From: Lingula anatina
Lineage: Eukaryota; Animalia; Brachiopoda
Assembly: GCA_051362555.1 (NCBI GenBank)
Contig: CM120640.1
Coordinates: 38,025,967-38,089,966, forward strand
Length of the DNA stretch: 64,000 bases
Direction of reading: 5' to 3'
Positions 1-12,700 of this stretch are shown here, one piece after another. Under the pieces are notes generated by a model. The model searched no databases. It had not been told where the DNA came from and saw only the letters and a program-made list of their open reading frames with translations. The position numbers were made by a program, and so were the translations under genes. Positions within the stretch are counted from its first letter, which is position 1. Every line of letters starts with the position of its first letter.

Positions 1-3000
1 ACCCAAAAGCAAGAAAAAAGTATTGGAACATATTGAAATTTATGATTTAGTTGATATTTATAGTATAGAGAACAACATGAATGTCATATACTTGGAGGAG
101 AAAAAAAAACATTAAACAAGCGAGACTAGATGTTTTCCTTGACAGAAAATCTTTTAAGAAGTATTAAAAATTCATATATTGAATCAAGTTATAGATCAGA
201 CATTGTGGGGATAAATATTGAATTTAACCCATTTAGGAAAGGTAAAGGGATATGGAAATTTAACAATTTTCCGCTTGATGATTTAGAATATATTGACAAT
301 ATAAAACAACTTATTAATAATATAAAAAGCCAGTATGCACTTCCTGTCTATAACCTATATAATACCTACTCAATTTCAGACAGTTTACCATAAATGATCA
401 ACTCTTTTTTGAGACCCTACTTATCAAAATCAGGGGCAAAACCATTTCTGTTTCATCTTATAAGAAAAAACTAGTTGACAACAGAGAAAAAACTTTGATA
501 ACAGAAAGAAGTAATTTGGAAAGAAATTACAAGAGGAACTAAAAAACATCAGGGAAAATCAAATAAGGGGTAGCATGATAAGATCCAGGGCAAAGTGGTT
601 GGAAGAGGGCGAAAAACCTACTAAATATTTTTTAAACCTAGAAAACCAAAATTTCACTTCAAAAATAATACCTAAGATAGTTAAAGATAATGGAGAAGTA
701 ATTACAACCCAAACACTAATTTTAAAATGAATAGTTATTTGCAGAGTCTAATAAAGTGACTGATGTTGATTTAAGTACAATTATTAAGTACAATCCTACC
801 GCACAATTATCCATCGAGGCTCAAAGATGTGGAGTCAAGTGAACTATAGGGTGTTATTTGTCTAAATGAAGCCTCCAAAATTCTGAAAACAAAATGAAAA
901 GTAACAAGAGTCCAGGCTCAAATGGGTTCACTGTCCAGTTCTTTAAAGTATTCTGGCCACAGCTCGGCAATTTTGTTGTTAGATCCATTAAATTGGGTTA
1001 CTAAACTGGTCAACTTTCAATTACACAGCATCAGAGTGTAATCATGTGTCTCCCTAAGGGTGAAAAGTCCAAGCAATACTTGAAAAACTGGAGACCGATC
1101 TCTTTGTTAAATGTAACCTATAAAATAGCCTATAAAATAGCATCCAAAGTCAAGAAATACCTGGGCAAACTAATTTCAGATGACCAATGCGGTTTTATTT
1201 CCGGGAGATATATCCGGGAAAGTATCCGTACTGTATATGATATTATGCAATACAGAGAAGATAATGATATTCCTGGACTGAAAGTGGTATTAGATTTTGA
1301 AAAAGCTTTTGACGCTGTAACGTGGAAATTCATAAACAGGGTACTAGTTTTTTTTTAATTTTTAAATTTTGGTGAAAGTATTATCAAATGGACAAATACT
1401 TTCAATATAATAAAGGTGCCCAAGCAGCAATAAATCAAGGAGATAATCTCTCAGAGTCCTTTTACATTAAAAGAGGTTGCAGGCAGGGAGACCCAATAGC
1501 CCCCTATTTTTTTATTTTATGTGCAGAAATACTTTCAAGTATACTCAAAAATAACAAAAATATAAAAAGTATCACTATTGATAACGCCCCTATTTTATTA
1601 CTCAATATGCAGACGATACGACTGTGATGCTTGATGGCTCAGAAAAGTCTTTATCTGAACTAATGACTGAATTAGAGAAATTTTCAAAAATATCAGGATT
1701 GAAAATCAACAAAGATAAAACAAAAATAGTATGGATAACACGTATGAAGTTCAGAAATTTAAAATTTTTGCCACATATGCATCTTGATTGGGGAAAGTAT
1801 CAGTTTAATCTTTTGGAAATCGATTTCATGTTGATCTATTTCAAATCCCCAAACTTAACTCTGATAAGAAATTAGTAAAAATTAAGTCTAATCTTAAAGT
1901 ATGGAACAGAAGAATGGTCACCCCCATCGGCAAGTGTATGATTATAAAATCCTTAATAATTTCTCAATTAAATCATTTGTTTATATCCTTACCAAATCCT
2001 AGTCAAAGGTTTATCAATGACCTTCAAAGTGATCTCTTCCACTTTTTGTGGAACTCAAAGATTGACAAAGTTATGCGCGATATAATTATTAAATATTACG
2101 ATGAAGGTGGTATTAAAATGATACACTTGCCTTCACTAATATCCTCACTAAAACTAACTTGGATTAGACATTTTTACAACAAGAAAAAAATGGCAAATTA
2201 TCGTCGATAAATATCTGAATTTTGAACTTAATTCTGTCCATGGGTGGGTGATGATGAGTATTTGAATAAATGTCTAAAAGTTTGCCGAAACCGGCTCTGG
2301 GGGGATGTGTTACTTGCATGGAAAGAACTCAGCTAGGGTCAAGGAAGATAAGTTAAGGGGGGAAAGCAAGTCTGTGTTGAACACCCCTGTCTGGGTATAA
2401 TGAAGCACTAAGAGTAGACAGTAAGGTAATATACTATAAGCATTGGTTCAATAAAGGTATATCTACAATAAAAGATTTTATAAAAGACGCTAAAACATTT
2501 ACCTTTTTCTCACAAGAATAAATAACTAGGCGATACGGTATCCAGACCAACTTCCTAGAATATCAAGGGGTGGTAAGCATTATTAGGCAATACTCGAGCT
2601 TGCATGACATAAACGAATTGGAAGAAATGCTCCCTAAACTCCCAGAGTATTTAAGTATCTTCTTTTAAAGTAAGAAGGGCTGTCATACTTAGTAAGAATA
2701 CTTAACTCCAAAGGGCAAAATAAATTGAAATAAATTGTTCAATATTAATGACAAAGAGTGGTCAATAATAAATACTGCAGTAAACTGCCCTTCAACCTTC
2801 CTATCAGTCCTTAATTTAAATGGTTCCGGTATAAAATAAACCAACATATACTACCGACATATATCTTGCTAAAACTGGTTTGGTAAAAAAAAACCTTTGT
2901 GAAAGGTGAGAGAAAGAGATGGAGACAATTATTCATGTACTATGGGACTGTTCCATAAGAGAAATCTTTTAAAAAGTAATCAAAGATAAGCTGAGAATGA

Positions 3001-3843
3001 CTTTAGGGAAAAAAACATTTATGTTTGGAATTCTTGACAAAAAGGAAAGTAATAAAGAAGTGTATAATATCTTAAATATGTTAATCAAATATTATATCTA
3101 CAGCTTAAGGTGCAGAAACAAGCAATTGTTACTTATTTCTTTTGTTGAATTTGCTAAAGAATATCTGGACTCAAAACAGAATTTGGGCCATCATAAGGCG
3201 TATGTACGTATGCTTACACAATTTATGATATAATATATGCCGAATGTAATACTAATAGTATGACAATCCCTTATGCCTTGGGGACATAGTCAATTAGAGC
3301 ATCTAACATCTTTGTGTACGTAAGTTCACAGCTTTTATATGAATCTGAGATATATCTCGATAGTCCCAACTGTCAGTCTTGTGTGTTGTACCATATTATT
3401 TATGGAGACTATTATACGTTTATATGTTGGTTTGTGATGTGTAGTAACTTCTTCTGTGTGACAATGTAAGTAATGCTTTCTGTTAGTCCCGACTATTGGC
3501 ATAATAATGAATGCTGAGTTAAATGTCCAATTTGACTATGGTATATTATAAATGTTAGTTTTGTAATGTATAGAATTTGGTATGACTCATACATGCCTAT
3601 TAGCTGGTTTGTTTGTTTATATGTTACGATATATGTTAATCATTTTGCATTATGTGCGACTTTATTCAGGTATTATATACTATTACTACTGTTATTTTGT
3701 GCAACGTATTCTGCCACTCCCCTTTATTAGTGCTGTTAACGTCCAATGAGACTACTGTATGCTAGTTTGTGTCTGTTGTATATGTTGTAATATGTGAATA
3801 GTGAGAAAAATGTATGTTTTGTTTTGTGATGTCAATAAAAAAA
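1..3843 (+). mobile_element. Decayed L1/Tx1-clade non-LTR retrotransposon: ORF2 (end of endonuclease, RT, C-terminal Cys/His region) plus 3' UTR and A-tail; 5' end lies outside the window
   Basis: Frameshifted ORF pieces carry GKGIWKFN, RAKWLEEGEKPTKYFLNLE (~585-640), NWRPISLLNVTYKI, LDFEKAFDAV, RGCRQGDPIAPYFF, QYADDT (~1603-1620), SGLKINKDKT, EGGIKMI and ETIIHVLWDC (~2920-2950). AATAAA and an A-run lie at ~3834-3843. Many stops and frameshifts. Confidence 0.92.
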
Positions 3844-5309
3844 ACTCACCAGAAAAAAAAAGTACTGGTAGGTCACAGGCCAATTTCAAGGTCACGGTTA
3901 GATTGCCAGCATCGATATATAATTTCTTATTCAAGTTCAATAGTAACTATGGGCGTATCTCTGCTAATTTTGGAGTATTTCACATTTTATTTTCACCACT
4001 GAATATTGTGACATTGTACTTTTTGATAAGGCACAACTCCAAAACCGTATCGTAAACAAAAAATGGACACCACCTTCAGTATTGCGCTTGACAAGCTCTT
4101 TAAAATGCAAAAAATTAGAGGTCTCTGGCATTTAATTACGGTTCAAGAATCGGAGTTTTTAGTTAACGCATCTAATGGCTGCTTCTCCCATGAAAATGCA
4201 CTGATTGACCCCAAACTTCCAAAGATCAAAGGTGTCCTTACTTGTAACCCCTCACTATAATATGAGTGCTTAGGTCTTTGTACTTTCTGAAAATTGGCAC
4301 AAACAAAAAATTTTTGCAGAAAATTCCCATTTTTAGAAAATTTTGGCCTGTTTGACTGTGAAATAAAGGTCAAAGATCAAATCCAAGGGCATATTTGGAA
4401 TACCCTAGGTTCTAGATTCCGGTATTGCCAGCTCGATCTTGTTTTCATATATAACCCATATCAACAATACCGTAAAAGCGACTCCATCACAAGGTATATA
4501 TTTAACAAGCTAGCTTTTACGTTGCTCTGACACTCAGGGTAATTTGGAATCTCCACATATGACTTTCAGTCAGATTTCTGTTTTTTCCCATAATTCCTTC
4601 AATTTGGGAGATATTTAGCACTGAATTTTAAAAAATATTGACAAGGTGCGTTTCAATGAGCCTTACGACCAGGCCAATGCACCAACTGAGACAAAAAAAA
4701 AAAAAAAAAAAAAACAGGGGGTTCAAGTTGAGATTATATGTGACCTAAATCCAAGAGATGGGGATACAGGTCCTTCAATCTAGGAGGAGAAGCAGCAACA
4801 GTGACTTGTATCCCACGCTACCCTGCATAGCCAGGGGAGCCCTACAGGACAGGTCAGCACTAAAACCATGAGTACCACCAGTGTACACGCTGGTGGTGCT
4901 AATCATGTGATCTAATGCAAATCAGTAAAATGAGCTGTGACAATATTTTAGGTATGGAATATACTAGCCAGGAGTATCTGGTATGTGTTACAAGGTCATA
5001 AGTCCAGCAGGTGAAGTGCATAAAATGATTCTTGTATTTGTTGCTTAGTTAACTACCAAGTGGGTTTGATCAACAAGAACTTTCTAAGTGTTGGGACAAA
5101 ATATATAAAACTAAGTATATGATGTAAAATTTCACCGATACACTGTAGTTGAAACTCAAATAATGACTAGCTGAAAAGTTAAGTTGTCACCTAAGGTATA
5201 GTTCGCATCCTAGTTGAGGTACAGACAGCATATCCTAGATCAATTCAACTACAATCAATACAACTACTTGTGGTAATTTGATCTATAAAAACATTCCTTT
5301 AAAACTGAC

Positions 5310-8300
5310 CTGTTAAGAAAAAGTACTCTGCAGTTGTAAGCCACATTTTTATGCTTGACAGGCCTGAAATAACAAATATACCAACATGTATTTATACTAA
5401 GTAACCAAACAGTTAAAAAATCAAGCACTGAAGTACCCACAGTAAAAAGAAGGCAATAAATACACACTAAGGCAATAAAAAAGCAAATTGGATTCAGTAA
5501 TATATATCCAGAACATACAAAGATACAGAGTTGCTTTTTTTAAAAAGACATTTTAAGACACATTTTCATATATATATTCTATAATGTATGCAAATACTAT
5601 TTTCCTAACCTAGCCACTGATATTAGTCTTGCTTTAGTAAATGACTAAATTAACACAGTGATCAATTTCTGGCAATGCAATGGTAAGTTGGTAAAAAATT
5701 TTTTTTCAAAAGTCAGACAAGCCAGTGTCACTGAAACTAAGACCCTACAGACTGTTAGATATGGATGTATTACATTTATATTTATTTATAAAAAATTAGG
5801 AACACTCACATGCCCACATCACAGATAATATCCTGACATATGGGAGACTTCAGCAACTGAGCAAGCACTTGGAATGAGTGAAGAAATGTATCACTTTCAA
5901 GGAAATGATCTTGGCATCCATAACCTCTGAAAAAATGATACCAGTAAAGTACCCGCACTTGTCAATGAAAAACCTGCAATTAGCAGAATTGTTTTTATAT
6001 TTTCTCATGCCTTTATAATACCATGGGGCACCAATCACTATTTCATAACAATAATCACAAGAGTTGACCCATCTTGCACTATATATATTCTTATAAGGTC
6101 AGAGAATTTAGGAATTTGTGATGTTTTGTTTAATAGTACTTGAATTCATGGAAAGAAATGTAATTTACGGAATATCAAGCTCTGGTCCAAGTCTGTAAGT
6201 AGCTCCTTTTGATTTGGCTTCATGAATACCTGAAGTGAATAATTAACACAGTTGAATATGTAGTGCAGTACAGCACAACACGGCACAATACACTGGAAAA
6301 AACAAGTCCTGTACCAAATCCACAAAAGAAACAGATATTCCCAACAAAGTAGGAAGATATAAAATCAAACTATATTACAAGATAATTAATATGGTTGATA
6401 TAACTGAACAGAAATTGGTTGGCAATTCCATGTTTATTGTGAAAAATATTGCTTTGAAAAGAATTTGTATTCAGTTTTTAACCTGAAAATAATTAAGCAG
6501 TAATCTATGCTGAGAGAAGTGCATCTTACATACAATGATACATCTATATTTATGTTAAATCTAGCAAGCAACAACGGTACATAACATTACAGAAATGAGT
6601 TGGCATATCTATTGATGAATTTATATCCATTAATTATCTGTGATTATTATACTGCTGTAGGGCTCGAGACTTATTTGTCAGGTCACCTGTCCGGTCGGGC
6701 TTACTCCTAACAAATTTCACCTGTCCCCAGCTAATTTCCACTTGCACAACTGTGCCCTTGCGTAATTCCCGCATTGAAAACTATGTTTTCCCTCATTTTG
6801 AGACATGCAGCACCACCGAAGGTGCAATACTACGACAAATGTCTGATGGAATTTAGTTAAGAGCACTTATCTATATAACACAGGGCCGTAGCCTCTGGGG
6901 GGGAGGGGGGGGGGGGGCAGCTGGGATTTGATCCCCCTGGGATTTGAGGTCCAAAAAAAAAAAAAAAGAAAAATAAAAACAATTGCAGAGGTAAAAAAAA
7001 AAAAAAAATTGCAAAGTTGGTATCAATTCTGTTAGAAAATGCACTCATGGCCACTAGACAATCATTCAACAATCTGTTTACAAAGGTGTACTGTTTTAAG
7101 CCAATTCAGTTCATGCCAGAAAGCTCACCCTCCCTTAGGGAGCTATCCCCCAAGCTGTCTGATGGAAGGGGCAGCTGGGATTTGATCCCCCTGGGATTTG
7201 AGGTCAAAAAAAAAAAAAAAAAAAGAAAAAGAAAAACAATTGCAGAGGTAAAAAAAAAAAAATAATTGCAAAGTTGGTATCAATTCTGTTAGAAAATGCA
7301 CTCATGGCCACTAGACAATCATTCAACAATCTGTTTACAAAGGTGTACTGTTTTAAGCCAACTCAGTTCATGCCAGAAAGCTCACCCTCCCTTAGGGAGC
7401 TATCCCCCAAGCTGTTATCAGGTCATTGTTTATTTCCCTGCGCTTCGTAGGATCTTTACAATCTTCTTGCAACACCAGTGGGCAGTGTTGCATGCGAGAG
7501 ATCATTTTCAGCCCTCCGTCGTCTGAAACTGTGGACACGCACTTGTAGCATGGCAGAGGCACGCCTTAGCGGATTGGCTCTCTTGCTTGTCCACAGAGGA
7601 AGAAACGTTATTCCTAATCCTGAGACAATCTACGAAATGAAGTCCAATGGGCGTGTTGTGTTGAAAAAATGACTGTACTTAAGGCAAAATGAACCCACAA
7701 TTTCTTACTTCTGATTGAGCAATAAATAACAGTTAAAATGCACCAGAATGCAGTATTATACATACAGTTTTTAAAAATTTTCCACACCGTGGGAGGGGCT
7801 TTCGCTTACAACGTTGTAAAACACTCGTCAGAAAAAACTTATCTTGTAATATATGTCCGCTTACTGCCCCCCCCTGGGATTTTGCTCAGGCTACGGCCCT
7901 GTAACAAAAATGAATATTTCTGTTTTCCACTTATTGTTTACTCAACATGCGTTCGACACGGTACCTCATAACAAACTACTTCATAAGTTACATGCCTATG
8001 GGATACGAGACAAAATACACCGGTGGATTGCATCTTTCTTGTGTAATCGTCAAATGAAGGTAGTTGTTGAAGGCGAGAGTTCAAGAGGAGTGAATGTCAT
8101 GTCTGGAGTACCACAAGGGACAGTACTAGGCCCTCTTCTCTTCCTTTGCCACATAAACGACCTACCGGACTCTGTAAAATCCAAAGTACGCCTTTTCGCT
8201 GATGATTGCTTACTATACAGGGAAATATCTTCGCAAAAAGACCATATTATTCTTCAACAAGACCTCGCAAGCCTAGAAAACTGGGCTATGAAATGGGGCA

Positions 8301-9660
8301 TGCGTTTCAACGCTTCCAAATGTTATTCTTAGTGTTTGCCAGAAATCTTCTTTCTTTTACCAACTGGATAACAATGCTTAAATGTTTAGATGCTTAAAAA
8401 TGTTCAGACCAACCCATACCTAGGAGTCATGCTTTCTTCCGACCTTAAATGGTCAACTCACATAAACAACTTATGTAAAAAGGCCAGTTGCCTACTAGGA
8501 TTCATTAGAAGGAATTTATACCATAGTCCAGTTATCACACGGAAATCTGCCTACATAGCTCTTGTCCGTTCCACTCTAGAATATGGTGCTATCATATGGG
8601 ACCCCTATTTAAAAACAGACATCGATAAAATGGAAAAAATTCCAAGAAAAGCTGCACGGTTCATCACTGGGGATTACAAGTCTCAATCCCCAGGTAGTGT
8701 CACCTCCATGCTGAAATCACTAGAGATACCACTACTGCAGCACCGGAGGAAGGAACTGCGGCTAACTTTTCTCTTCAAGGTGGTTGAGGGGTTTGTTCCA
8801 GCGATACCCCCCGACACTTACTTCGTACCAGTCTCTAACAAACGCCGCATAAGGGCTATATCTTTCACTGACTTTGACTCTGAAAACATTGTGAATAGTA
8901 CTAATAACAGTCGCTGCTTTCGCTTACAACGTTGTAAAACACTCGTCAGAAAAAACTCTTTCTTCGTCAGAACAGTTTCCGATTGGAATGGACTCAGTGA
9001 CCAACAAGTAAAAGCTGAAACTGTTGAAAGCTTTAGATCAGGACTACTATTTGACTAAGTTTCTCATGCGCTCTCTTCTACCCGTCTACTTCATACCAGT
9101 ATTGGTGTCTCTAGACGTATATGGACAGATACAGATGCGGCCCGACTGAAGCCGTATTTCTTTATCCAGCACGTGTTGTTAGGTGTTCTTAGACGTCCGT
9201 GCGCGGCCCGTCGTGTATTTGTATCTGCCAGTATACGTCTGTATGTAGAATCACTACTGGTATTGTAATAGGCGGGAAGAGAGAGCGCATGGGAATCTTA
9301 GTCACGCTGTAGGCATGATCTGAAGCCTTCCACAGTTTCGTCTCAGTTTCTGCAGTAATTTGTTGGTCACTCCGTTCGTTCCACTTGGAGACTCTTTTGA
9401 TAAAGAAAGAATTTTTTTCTAACTGGCGTGTTGCAAACGGTAACAGCGACTGTTGTTTGGTACTATCAATAACGTTTTCAGTGTCAAAGTCAGTGAATGA
9501 TTTGGTCCTTATACCACGTTTGTTGGAAGCTGGTATTAAATAAGTGTCAGGAGGTATCACTGGTACTCAACCACAACCAGTTTCGGCTGCTCCCCTTTTG
9601 ACCAGTTTCAGTGGCCCGTTTTCAGTGTTTTGTGTAATACATGTCTATGATACGTACTTG

Positions 9661-9700
<40 letters not shown>

Positions 9701-12700
9701 TGACACTGCCGTTACTGGTAATTCTAATTTTTTTTATTATTTACATCAAGTCGTGGCGGATGCAATGAGTTTATCTGCAGTGTAGCCTCGTTTACGGAAT
9801 AAACTGCAAATCTAAACAACTCACCCAAAACGAGACAAAGCGGGGGAGTACATGACAAGGTGTGGTGGGAAAATTTTGAGCAGTTCTCACACTTCTGTCA
9901 TTATTTTGAATAGCGTGGATATTTTATTAATTTGAGATCAAAACGATAAAATAAGTTCCAATAAAGACTACGGTATGCACTTACTTTAAAAATGTGGAAG
10001 GAAAATGCGCTAGTAGGCCTAGAAATAAAATTGCTCATGGAGCAAAAACCTTGCAAATGTTGTAATTTTTTTAAATTTCAATTTACTTGTAATTTTATAG
10101 TGTAGGCCTACTAGTAAGAAAGTAAATAAAGTTCATGACAGACGCGTGCGTAGCCACATTAGACAGAAATGAAAATGCGGGGAGTAGGCCAGGGCCGTAA
10201 TCTGTAACCTTGGTAGAGGGTAGAGTAGACCTTTTCTATGTTTTTTAAACGTCTTCCCCATTTTTATTCCTCCTAAAACCATCAAATGGGGAAAAGAAAG
10301 ACCAACAACAAGTTCAATCATCGTCACGATCATTGCAGATTCACCGCACAATGCCCGCAAGGGAACTGTAGCCTCGGTCACAACCGGACGCACGAATTTT
10401 AGGACCGTACGTTTCCTGTAGCCTCTACCAGGGAGACAGATTATATAGGAAAAATGGAAAAATGCAGAGAATGATATGACTTTCTATTTGTCTAAAGACA
10501 CATCCCTGAATATCTTGTGAAAAATCAATCTGTCGACCTGGTAGAGGGTACATCCCCTTCGAGTTTTGGTTGTAGCGGAGGCCGCGAAAGTCGTAGAGGT
10601 AGAGGAAAAGCCTTGGTCACAACCGTTCTTACGGATTCTTACGGCCTGTTTGCGTCCAAATTTTTGCAAACTGGCTGAACGCCAGCGTGCGCCTTGAGCA
10701 CGCACTTTATACTCCTGACGCGGGGGGAGGGGGGGGGGGGTGACGCATGTGTGATGCAATCCCGCCGTGCGTTCGATTTTGTTCGTAGGTTGGTTGTCAG
10801 GGCGTGCGCCGTACTTAACACGCAAGGGACACTTGTTCCTTGCTTGCGATGTGCGTCTTAAATCACATTTGCTTCCACGGTACCTTAAAATCGTACGTCA
10901 TACTTGCGAACTCCTGGCAAACTCCTTGCAAGGGCAACTTGCGGCTTCGCTGTTTGCCGAGAATTCGTAATTTGTTGGACATCTCCAACATCATCCGTAC
11001 GTGCTTGAGGGCTGTCTGCAAACTCAAAATTTCGCAAGAAGGACTTGCGTGGCACGTGAGATTCTGCACAAAATTTGGACGCTAACAGATCGCCTTCCTC
11101 TGCAAGGAATTTTCACAAAAAGGAATATACGCGTAGTATACGGGCACGTGGTGGCATCGCAAGCAGTGCCGGATTTAGAGGAGGGGCCAGGGGGGTTGTG
11201 TCTGTAGTATATCAAGTTCAAGCGGTAACGGTTACTTGTATCCGCCATGACGCGGAACCGGCGGAGGCCGTACGAGACGGGTCGGAACTAAAACCATGTA
11301 TACCGCCACGCTCATGCTGGTGGTACGATGATTGGTCGTTGGAGGGTGGAGTTGTCTGTTAACTGGCTTTCTTGCTCCGAACTATTCATCCAGTCTTGAA
11401 AAGTCGATTATCACTGTGTCTTTTCACGAAACTGTTGACTTGGTAATCATGAGTACAGGATGGACGTGGACCGTTATCGGCCTTTAGAAAAACAGGACTC
11501 TCCCGCAATCAAAAATGTCGTAATTGAAACGCCCTTTTTTAACATTTGGCGTGCGCTTAAAGGTACATTTGAATTGATGGAGCGTGAAACAACTTCTACC
11601 AGTTTCTTATACGATTCTAATTTAATAGCACTAAGGTCATTCAATTAAATGACATCAAAGGCGTTCCCTCATTTTATGCGTCCCAACCTTTATTCTATCT
11701 TTAATTCATATTAATAATGCATGGTGTCCATGGGTCGGGATGGGAGTTATTGAGTGCAAGTTAAAATTCTATAAGAGTCAACAAGCGTAGAAATTGTTCT
11801 CGTAGTAGTATAGTTCGATTTGATTGGTTAATTTTCAATAAATTTGCAAGTTTCGGACACGTGTAAAACATATGCAAACTAAGGATGGAAAAGGTCCAAG
11901 CATGAGTAATTCAAATAATATTTCTTTTTAATTAAAATTGTAAACAAGTCTCTTAGAAATTACCTAATAAGGAAATATTGAATGGCGGTTTGCAACATGA
12001 GAATGGAAAATTCCTTGTTATCACGCAAAGACAATGGAAAGAGAACAAGAAAATGCATGATCAGTACGGAGAAATAGAGTATAAATACTTGTGAAATTGT
12101 ATGAAAAAGACATTCGGTAAATAAACGTTTGAAAGCTTCAAATCGTCGTTATTCTTCACTATAAAACATATATGGATAACTTCCATGTGCGTTCGGTAGC
12201 ACTCAAAACTTAGTGATAAAGATTCTAAAAGCCGAGTTCGCACGAAAGTTTATCACCCTTTAGCAGCTCGAGGATTGCTAATCTGATTGCATTCAGTGAG
12301 AGTCCCGGTGGAGTTGGATCAATCTACGTAAAACGATAGTTTCGTGGGAACGCATCCTTAGATGCCGTATGTAATTAAAATTCTTCAGATTGATGAACGT
12401 CTTAAAATGTTTCGGACTATCGAACTTTCGGACTTATCGGACCAATGAACCTTCGGACCAATTAACCTTCGGACTATCGAGACGCCCCCGCGTTAACAGG
12501 GGATACTTACTGCATTTTCGTTTGGGGAGCCATCTTGCCCCGACCCTGGGGCAACTTGCCCCGTGGCAGGGCAAGTGGGCCCCCCTAACGTCAATTGCGT
12601 TTTTTGTCAAATTGTTAGCGATCTGACTTTTGGCCTATATTTGACAAATAATGACATCGCATACGTAGCCAAGTTCATGTGGCTTACTTTGAAACCGGTT

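Noticed and set aside
3860-4900. Short ORFs and AAGGTCA-rich sequence after the L1 tail
   Set aside because: Probably repeat remnants, but I could not define ends, TSDs or a protein match.
7853-9058. RT ORFs as a retron, DGR or domesticated reverse transcriptase system
   Set aside because: Motifs, frameshift, 5' truncation and microsatellite tail are those of an ordinary dead CR1-group LINE. The 42-bp copy at 7798 is identical, without the adenine-specific changes expected of a DGR.
10133-10393. MGKTFKK... as a candidate NADSYN1 first exon
   Set aside because: No similarity beyond MG; the true exon 1 is 13065-12981.
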